This document shows positions 21,064 through 29,480 of a DNA stretch of 29,480 nucleotides, in pieces. Below the pieces are notes generated by a model. It saw only the letters and a list, made by a program, of their open reading frames with translations, had not been told where the DNA came from and searched no databases. A program made the translations under genes and the position numbers. This DNA is from Rotaria socialis. Lineage: Eukaryota. Position 1 is the stretch's first letter; each line of letters opens with the position of its first letter. Location of the stretch: contig CAJNYT010004754.1 in the NCBI GenBank assembly GCA_905331485.1, forward strand, positions 77,906 through 107,385, given 5' to 3'.

Positions 21064-22172
21064 TTTATTTGAGAATTCTAAATATAAATATGTAGATAGA
21101 AGATTTTCTTACTAACTGCGAATCTTTAATATGTCTATGAGAAAAGATTCAAAAAGTAAAAATGTATGAACTAAATTTTCTTCTTCTTCGTTTTTATCTT
21201 ATTCATGTCAAGAGAATAAGTGAAGTGGGCAAAAAAATGAATGTATAGATAAACAATATCAACATTGACTATGTTTATTTTAACAACGTGATTATCGCGA
21301 AGATAGAGTAATAAACGTATTAACAATTCTTCAAAAAATCTAACCGAATATGGCCCCCGTGTCAGATTAAAGTATAGCTGGATTGAAGTTCAAAGTTTTG
21401 TGATAGAACGTAATCATAGAGTAATTATCCGACTCCAGGTATAATTGAATAATTTTAGAACATCTATTACATGAGTTATTATGCAAAGTAGAGAAAGTTA
21501 TACACGCGAGCATAATCATGTTTATAGGCGTCATTTATTGTTCATGTAGTCTCCCATTGATAAATACAAGAAACTGCTATTAGTTGATTATATTATGTAA
21601 CACTACAATTCATGATTCACATATCTGTAAACTGTTCGACAAGAGTAGAACAATTACGTACAGTTAACTAACGTTATCTGTACGAAGTGTCCCCAATGCA
21701 TATCTAAACTGAGATCGTTTACGTAAATGTCATGAAGAGATATATCAGTTATAGAATATTAAATTTTATGGGAGTCTCGTACAAATAATAGCGGCATCTA
21801 ACTAACCAATGCAATCTTGAAAGAGAAGCATTTTCTTAAAGTTTACAGATAAAAATGTTCCGAACAAAACAAAATTCATTTCATTAACTTTGCATCTATG
21901 AACAAAAATTGGCATTGCTTTTTGTGTTTTATTGACTTGTTTGGCAAAGGGGAGAACATATATCATCTAGATTAGATATAAGAAAAGAAGAAGAAAGAAA
22001 AACAATTAAACCAAAAGAAAGAAAAAATGCGATAGAGACGATGTTGGATTAGTATCAAAGGAAATTGCATCGGTCAAAAGTATAATGCTTCCTGAGATTC
22101 TAATATTTAATTTTGATATAATACGAGTATCACAGATCAAAATAGATTTGTCCTCTTTTTATTTGTTTCATA

Positions 22173-25100
22173 CTAAACATCTGTATCTTTAGATGATTTG
22201 TTTTCTGATTTTTCAGATTTTGAATAATGATGATAAGTTTTATTTGTCGACGATAATAATAGTGATGGCATGTGAGACGATCGTTGTCGATGATTATTTG
22301 TGTTAGCATTTTCATAATTTATATCTGTTCCTAATGTACTCGTATTGACATTATTTTCGTTATTTATTATTTCGGTATTTGGAATATTAGAATTAGGACG
22401 TTGAGTATTAACAGTTGAATAAAGTTGATTAACAGTTTTATAACGAATCCATAATTGATTTATTATTTCTGTTACAACGAGATCACTACTATTTAATGAA
22501 AGTAAACGTGTTAGGAGAACACCATCGTCTTTTAAATAATGAAGAACAAAGTCACGTGCTTCTTGACGTTCTTCTTTAGGATTAAATGGTGACATGATTC
22601 CAAGATGACGTTTGATAAATCGTACTTTTTCACCTAAAAATGAACATATTTGTATATCGTCAATAACCAGATCAAAAAATCTCGTGTTTGTCAAATGAAG
22701 CTAGCATAACTCAAGTTCAAATCCGTTGCTTGATATTAAAACTCTGATAGAGCCTTTTCGAGTTTCAAGAGCTCTATGCATAGACTAATCTTCAATTCGA
22801 ATTGTTTCGATCATCAACGAGATTGCAATATTTTTCTCTTAGATAATTTATACTCTAACCGTTTCGATGTATAAACCAAACCTCTTTATAGTTTTACGAG
22901 CGAATGAAATTTCGAATAAGCTTATAAAAGATTAGAGTGTGATAAGAAAGTTTTTAGCTTACGCGATACTGTGCAATTATATAACCAAAGTAGAAAATCA
23001 TAAATGGTTGCTTAAAAACAAATAAAATACAGAGAATAAAATGAATATTTCTCGAAATTTCAATAGTCTACCGGCGCTTATGGATATGAGCCAAAACCAT
23101 TGTATAATGAAGATAACTTCATTAAATAAATTAATTCTTAAGACACATTGCACTGTATAAAAATGATTAACGCCAATTTCTCGAATTTTAAAATCGCTAA
23201 AAGTAAAAAGAAAATTTTTTTTTAATTAATAAGAATCTTTGACTTTTAGCAAAGGTTAATTATGATAAGTGACGGGATAAGTAGAAGAGCGCTGATGGCG
23301 ATATTCTTACTCTATAGAATTTTTTCTAATTAAGAGGGGAGCCCCCTTTAAAAACTCTATTTTTTGAAAAAAATCCTAATTGAGTTGTTGTCGTAGAAAG
23401 ATGCTCCAAAGTTCTCCCTTTTTGAGAATATATATATATATATATTTTTCTGAAAAAATTGACCTGTTCTCCCCCACTAATCATAATTGTCAGCAGTGGG
23501 TAGAACGGGTGAATCTTTTTCAAAATTTTACTTTTGTGAAATCCATACTCACTAGACTAGTTTTTTATGCTGATTTCAAATATCATATTTATCTTGCATA
23601 GAAAACAGTTACTGATAGTGAAATTAAGTAATTGTCGAAGATTTTGTATAGAATTTCACATATCAAAACATTGGGTCCTTAAAGAACAACACCAGACATA
23701 TTTTTTCCTAGAAGATTTTTGAGTCACTTTGTAGATTTTGAAATGCTCTATCCAATTATATGTAGGAAACTATTTAAAATCTTAATTATAATTATGAAAA
23801 CATGACAGAAAGCCATTGAAATGTAAAAATAAGCTGACTGCAGCTACGTATTCGCTACCAAATGATATGAAAAGATTCTTACTTCAGTCTCGTTGAGAAT
23901 GTGTCAGATAGAGGGAAGAATTCTCTATCGATTCATGTATACAAAAGTTTGTTTAACTTTTACTTTATGCCCAAAATCAGTCCATAAATAGATACACACA
24001 GAGGCAAATTTTTAGTCAAAAACTAAGTCTTTAGAGAGCTGTAACTCGGGTCAGATATATTGAAACAACGTCAAAATATGTAAAAAAATGTACTCTATCA
24101 AATCAGACAATGGAGACGAAAAATTGAGGGGCGGGGGTTCGCCACCCCCTCCCTCCGAAAATAACAGTATTCAAACACTATAGATGGCACTCACTGGCCT
24201 CATTCAATAATTGCCGTAAGGACAACTCTTCTAGTTATATTGTAAAATAATCCATTTTCAGCATATTTTTATTGAATTTCAATGAAAAACAATTTTTTAC
24301 TTACTTATCGTTTTTCTCAAAAGATGAATTTTGGTCACAAAAAGTGAAACTTCTCCTGCAGGCTTTAAGGTATAATCAATTTTTTCTGCTTTACACCTCT
24401 AAGTGCGAGTAAATTTTTATCTGACCAAATTTTGTATATTTTATTCTGGGATTGAGAAAAATAAAATCTTGTGTCGTGGGATGGACGTTTTGGACTTATT
24501 TTGACCCTATATCTATTGAAATGCTCATAGAAAATGAATGGAATTAAATCTCAAGTTTCTGTTCGGGTAAAAGTTGCATATAGTTGTTGGCTTTAATTTG
24601 AAACCACCAAGACCTCTGTAGCTTTTTAAATGACAACGCTTTAGGAATTCTGTTGAAGCTATATATATGACTCATCAATAAACTGGAACTCCATTGTAGC
24701 TCGACATATTAACCTGAAATTTTTACTGGAAGAGTTTCTCACAAAGGTCACTTATCCCGGAAAGTTTCAGCCAACATGGATCAGTCTAAGTGGGAATGAA
24801 ATTCTAACGGGAGGGCCCCCTGCGCTTAAAAAAAATTTTAAAGCTGAGCTCATATGACTTTTCATTAATATGAAAATTTAATTTTTGTATTTTAGATATT
24901 CTGTCTATCTCTCTCTCGCGGTCATAAAGCATTAGAGATTATGTTAAATCTATAGTAAGCTTTTCTTGATATACCCATCAAACATACCAATATGTCACTT
25001 TAGGGAAATGTCTATTTTCAGTCCAACGTTGATTTTTAAATAATTTTTCAATAACTTCAAAACCAAATAAATAATAATCATTTCCCAAAATAGTATTTAA

Positions 25101-26067
25101 TAAAAATAATTGTGCTAAAGCATTAACAAGCCATAATAATTTAACAAGAAAATAGACGATAACAAGATAATTTCCATAATGACGATTTGAACAAAAGAAA
25201 AATAAATGAAAAAATCGACGAGCCCAAGAATATTGCTTGTCAATACGATGCCGAATTAAATGAGCACGTGCTGATATATATCGTTCGATATTAATAATTA
25301 AATAACTCATTATACGATCTCGTGATTCATACTGTTCAACTTGTTCGTATTTCTAGAAAAAAAAATTTGTTTCAATAGAATTCGCTTTTTCGTATGTTCT
25401 TCAAAAAATCTTACAACGGCTGCATCAACCAGATTAACTAAATCAAGGCCTGATTTAACATTAAGTGTACGCCATACAATACGAGGAAAATAGAATAGAA
25501 AAGCTTGAAAGAGTAATATAAATGGTACCCATTGGTAGTAGAGCTAAAGAAAAAGATTCAAAAAAATTTAAAAATCAAATTTATTTCTGCTGACAATGTC
25601 TTTATTTCTTCGTGCTGATTCTTCATCGGGTAATTCTTCATCAATTGGAATATCTGAAAGATCAAAGAAAAGATAAATTAGTTTTTTCGAAATTATGTTT
25701 TTGTCTTCTTCATACAATAGGTATTTGCAATCCAACAATAGCTATCCGTATAGGCTTCATAAGATGGTTTAAATTGAGCTGGCACCTAATAGAAATAAAT
25801 AGAGGAAATAGTTTAAATTTCACAAAAAAAACAAAAATTTCTACCCAACAATCAATTGGATCACCTATAAAACAAAAATGAAATTTTACGTTTTTAAAAA
25901 TAATAGCCAATCTCACCGGCGTATTGTTTAGTAGTAACAAGAATAGCGAAGACAACGCATAATGTTGTTGTATATCGATGATTGAGCCGATCGATATAGG
26001 AATCATCATCGCGAAATTGTCGAATACTGGAAACAGAAAGACCGGCAAGTGTTCTGACTAATTCCAT
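22173..26067 (-). CDS. Innexin (invertebrate gap-junction channel subunit) with an Asn-rich C-terminal extension.
   Basis: Nine exons: complement(join(22173..22700,22970..23010,23072..23196,24988..25352,25415..25543,25595..25653,25716..25785,25845..25864,25917..26067)), 1488 nt, 495 aa. Hallmarks: [131 protein letters not shown] and FVLHYLKDDGVLLTRL. Introns are 51-62 nt except 23197..24987 (1791 nt) and 22701..22969 (269 nt). The donor at 22969 (GTATCG) is the least certain junction. Confidence 0.85.
23312..24183. mobile_element. Degenerate transposon-derived insert inside the large innexin intron, related to the 7420..8414 element.
   Basis: The left part, AGAGGGGAGCCCCC...TTTGAAAAAAATCCTAAT, resembles the subterminal TAGGGGAGGCTCAGTTATTTGAAAAAAATCCTGAT of the 7420 element. 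The right part, CCCCCTCCCTCCGAAAATAACAG...CACTATAG, resembles the right end of that element (GCCTCCCCTAAATTAGAAACG...GCCTATG). The termini are eroded (CTATAG at both ends) and no matching TSD was found. A further left-end-like fragment, GGGAGGGCCCCCTGCGCTTAAAAAAAATTTT, lies at about 24800-24835. Confidence 0.35.
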
Positions 26068-26453
26068 ATATACTATTGAATTTTGAATGACTGTTGATGA
26101 TCATTGGGCATAGTCTTCCTATGAATTAATCTAAATTGTTTCGATCTAGAAGAAAGAAAAAGACTACCGATTGCTGATGGTTCTTTTTTTAATATCATCA
26201 TGATTCTACCTCGCCGTTTTATTCTTTGTAGTTAGTAAATATTATTCAATTATCGCAATAGAAAAGATTTCTTTTTTTCTCTATTGATAGATATCAGATG
26301 TAAACTTAAATAATGGCATCTTCTCTTCATATTTTTTACATTTCGCTCTCACTTCTATTATCGCATTGCATTAATCAAAAAGAAATCATATTGTAGAAAC
26401 GAGATTCTCGTTTATATATACGGCATCTCTGTTCCTGTTGCAACCATCACCAC

Positions 26454-26492
<39 letters not shown>
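26454..26492. repeat. (CAT)13 microsatellite with imperfect flanks (about 26445-26499).
   Basis: A direct read shows CATCATCAT... for 39 nt. It lies about 390 bp upstream of the innexin start codon and is not part of any supported CDS. Confidence 0.9.
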
Positions 26493-27926
26493 TATCATTA
26501 CTTGAGAGTGGGACTCATCATTGAGAGATAGAACGAACGAACGAATGAAGCGAATAGAATAAGAAACATTCATTTAGACATCCATACGCATCACTCCTCA
26601 CATCCGGCGATTACATAAAAAATGGCGCAAACATGAAGATGTTCCTAGCACAGCTGTAACTGAAATATACACGCACATTTATTTTGATAAGAAAAAAGCA
26701 TACGCACGCATGAACATATCTATTAATTCAATATGATTTCCATTGAAGTAGTTAAAAATATAACTATTCTCAATCTGTTATATATATATGAACTAACAAG
26801 AGAAAAAGACAACAGCAAAGTAATAAATGGCATAGATAACCATAAGCATGAAACTATAACAATATGGAGAAACAAAAAGGCAAACTGTTTAACTAACTTC
26901 TTTATTGCAGGCGATATGACATATGTATCCTTCTAGTTGCTTATGACGCGATAGACGACGATTATGCTTTCTTATCATGAGACACTAGGGAACATATGTT
27001 TCGATTACAATTGATATATAAACTGAATACAACAAATTGCGATTGTTCATGCGCCGCTCGTCATCGTATGCTTACGAAATAGTCAATAGAATAAATACTC
27101 ATTTTTTTTCTTCTCTTTGAGCTCTCTACTGACTCGTTCATTTTGAATGACTATCGAGAAGCTCTCCAGAAATCGCAAATGTCGGTCTGCATATGTTGAA
27201 GGCCGATTTAAGAGTTCAACGGCTGAAATAAGCTATCCTTATATCTCTCTATGGGTGCCAACATATGTTGTACTAACAAGACATAGACATAGATATTTTC
27301 AGGATCAACCATTTGTCTTTCATTGTTCTTTATCATTAATGATTGTCTAACTGTCAATCAGCTAAATCAGAATTTCTATCAGACCACCTACCTGTTATGG
27401 ATAATTTCAATGCTTTTTCTTTTTGTCTGTATCATTCATAAGAAAATTTTATTTTAATATAAAAAAAGAAAAAAAAGAAAGGAAACCCGGAGAAAAAAGA
27501 GTAGAAAGAAAATTCAGCAACAGTCATTAGCAAAATCGTACGGTAGATAGCATGCTCTGGAAAAAAAGTATTGTATTCTCTTCTATGCTGACACGACCCA
27601 TTGACAACACGAGAGAAAAAGAACGCCATGCAAGCAATGATTTCCTCAAGACAGACAGCTATCTATTGGGCTAGTTAGAAACATATAAAATATTAACATA
27701 GAACGTATGTACATCAGAGAGAAAAAACAATACATCAACATCCATATATCCAAAATGCCATAATACTGAAAGCAAAGGAATGCCTGATACTAATCCTTTT
27801 CTTCTTGTCTCTCCTCCCCTCTTCCTCGTCCTTGTTTCTATTCTACTTCTCTCCTCTTCTTTTCGACCGGTCACTCATTCACACGCGTAAGCAAGTAGGA
27901 AAAGCTTTACTGCCGGGAGTCACTTG

Positions 27927-27964
<38 letters not shown>
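27927..27964. repeat. Compound microsatellite (TA)11(TG)8.
   Basis: A direct read shows TATATATATATATATATATATA followed by TGTGTGTGTGTGTGTG. A complementary (AC)7 tract lies at 28133-28146. Confidence 0.9.
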
Positions 27965-27965
<1 letters not shown>

Positions 27966-28373
27966 TGGCTTTACTAAGAAACAATAGTTATGTTCATCTC
28001 GCTAAATTGAAAAGAAAAACGAGTAGAAAGAAGCGAAGAAAAAAATAAGCAACACTATTTTTTAGTATTAGAAAGTTCTTGCGTGTTTGCTCGTTCATTT
28101 TATTTAGTTTCCCGATTACTCTCATGTCATTTACACACACACACACAAAACAAAAGCTCTCGTGTTCCCTATAAAGTAGAACATTTATTGATATATACAA
28201 GATAGTTGCACAGTTTAGCCTTTAAATCGTATGAGAAAGACAACTCGTTCTCTTTCTCTCAACAAACAAAGAAGTATTGAGGTTTTTATTTTCAATCACT
28301 AACGAGGAAACATAGAAGAACTAGAGAAGTATCATATGGTGTCGTAAAAGGAAGGAAATGAATAGTACTGCTA

Positions 28374-28418
28374 AATAATAATAATAATAATAATGATGAT
28401 GATGATGATAATAATAAT
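28374..28418. repeat. Compound microsatellite (AAT)7(GAT)5(AAT)3.
   Basis: Direct read. No supported ORF context. Confidence 0.9.
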
Positions 28419-29333
28419 GGAACAACGACTGATCGTTGACAATAAAGACTTAATTATATATTAAATTATATGAACACGTATGCTGTTCTCATTAGACAAT
28501 CTTTTCCGTTTTCCTATTTTTTTTTGGCGCATTTCCGTTATGATTGCCACTCGAAAGAAAAATGTTTTCTTTTCTTTTTCTCTTGTATTTGATGTAACAT
28601 ATCATACGATTTCGCTTATGAATCGATTAATTGATTTTTCCTAACTTGACAAGACAATTTGTCAGAAATTAGTTTGTATAATAGAAAGAAAGAGAAATGG
28701 ACAAGACAATAACCACATGTCATTCATCTTGCAAGCAAAATCGTTCGGCTTTTTGAGAACAACATGCGGTGTTTATATGCTTGTCTGTTATTAATTCGTC
28801 TCTTTTTTTATGTTGTTGTTCGCTTGTCTTACAATAGAATCATTTCTAATGAATAGAACTTTTCTTTTTCTATTTGAGTATTGTGCGTGAAAAAAACAGG
28901 ACCTCAGGAAGGGGTGAGATAAATTGAATTATGAAATAGAATCATGCAATTGGATGACGCGTACTCGGTCCCATAGGCCGGAATTTAAGTCACATGATTA
29001 CAAATCTCAAGAGAAAATCTAAGTAGATATATCTATTTGAAATTATTTATAAGCGTCGGGGGCCTAGTCGATGTGCTGAGATTGATCTCACAAATGGTTA
29101 TTCATGTCTATGACAAACCTAATGCAGTAATTTTGAGGACACTTACATAACACCTAATTAATTAGAAACGCAGATATTCTTATTGCAGCTGGCTAATCAA
29201 ATGTTTTTCAAAGAAGAAACATTCGATCGCTTGATCTTGGCATTATGGGAATATTGACTAATTCTCAACTTACTTCGCAGCGTGTGTATTCTTTCCATTT
29301 CCTGGATTTTCATCTTAAAAGTATGCTGATGCT

Positions 29334-29480
29334 CAGGGACGGCGCGAAGCAACAAAAATATAGGGGGGGGGTTACTTGAAAACGGGAGGTTTTCTTTCAA
29401 AAATCGGAGTAAATTAATAAAAATTTCTTCTATTTTCTTCAAATCGGAGTAAAATTGAAGCAAAAATTTCCAAAGTTGGG
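29334..29480. mobile_element. Probable left end of a third copy of the 'CATAGGCGG' TIR transposon family, truncated by the window edge.
   Basis: CAGGGACGGCGCGAAGCAAC...ATAGGGGGGGGTTA resembles the left end of the 16515 element (CATAGGCGGCGCGCCAGCTA...GAGGGGTA). The subterminal direct repeat AAATCGGAGTAAA occurs twice (about 29402 and 29444). The right end and the TSD cannot be seen. Confidence 0.4.

Noticed and set aside
25710-26048. A 112-aa minus-strand ORF overlapping the innexin 5' exons.
   Set aside because: It is in a different frame from the innexin exons and reads through introns. The spliced innexin frame reproduces all family motifs.
26733-28200. ORFs 26733..26936, 27147..27350, 27432..27629, 27671..27874, 27805..27987 and 27994..28200, considered as possible genes upstream of the innexin.
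   Set aside because: The translations are dominated by homopolymer or microsatellite-derived runs (FFFFF, SSS/LLF, CVCVCV, EER/RKR). No splice-consistent chain or homology could be built.
28974-29070. CATAGGCCGGAAT... at about 28974 and ...CGGGGGCCTAG at about 29068, considered as a tiny (about 95 bp) MITE of the CATAGGCGG family.
   Set aside because: Only about 7 bp of inverted similarity and no matching target-site duplication. This is too weak to call.
1-29480. A prokaryotic reading of the window (operons, defence islands, CRISPR arrays), and a search for tRNA or rRNA genes.
   Set aside because: Conserved proteins are split into pieces that rejoin only through GT-AG introns with consistent phases. 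No repeat-spacer array is present, and I could not recognise any tRNA-like or rRNA-like sequence by eye. A covariance-model scan (tRNAscan-SE, Infernal) would be needed to exclude small ncRNAs.

Overview
This window is AT-rich eukaryotic (metazoan) nuclear DNA, not prokaryotic. Most long ORFs are exons that join through very short GT-AG introns (mostly 51-63 nt) into complete, phase-consistent genes. The innexin gene, the tiny introns and the ART-TPR gene family suggest a compact invertebrate genome, possibly a bdelloid-rotifer-like one; that is inference only.

Genes and elements, left to right:
- 2-385 (+): the 3' end of a ZnT1-like zinc transporter.
- 1134-3122 (-): a heavily decayed copy of an ADP-ribosyltransferase-TPR (ART-TPR) gene.
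- 4514-6073 (-): an orphan two-pass membrane protein.
- 7420-8414: a ~1 kb non-autonomous DNA transposon with an 8-bp target-site duplication (TSD).
- 8532-8738 (+): a candidate small cysteine-rich ORF.
- 9239-9458: a 220-bp GC-rich MITE.
- 9597-10934 (-): a bacterial-type papain-family (C1) cysteine peptidase with a poly-acidic tail.
- 12140-13152 (-): an 11-beta-HSD1-like short-chain dehydrogenase.
- 14248-16310 (+): the intact ART-TPR gene.
- 16515-17511: a second ~1 kb transposon of the same terminal-inverted-repeat (TIR) family, with a perfect 8-bp TSD.
- 18127-21063 (-): a 10-exon bifunctional P5C synthase.
- 22173-26067 (-): a 9-exon innexin with one 1.8 kb repeat-filled intron.
- 26.1-29.3 kb: a gene-poor tract rich in microsatellites.
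- 29334 onward: the start of a third transposon copy at the window edge.

No rRNA, tRNA or CRISPR array was recognised.

The most interesting items are the ART-TPR gene and its pseudogenised inverted paralogue, the intron-bearing bacterial-like peptidase (a candidate horizontal acquisition), the 'CATAGGCGG' TIR transposon family, and the small ORF with symmetric cysteine spacing.

All coordinates and splice sites were derived by eye from the sequence. No database search was run.
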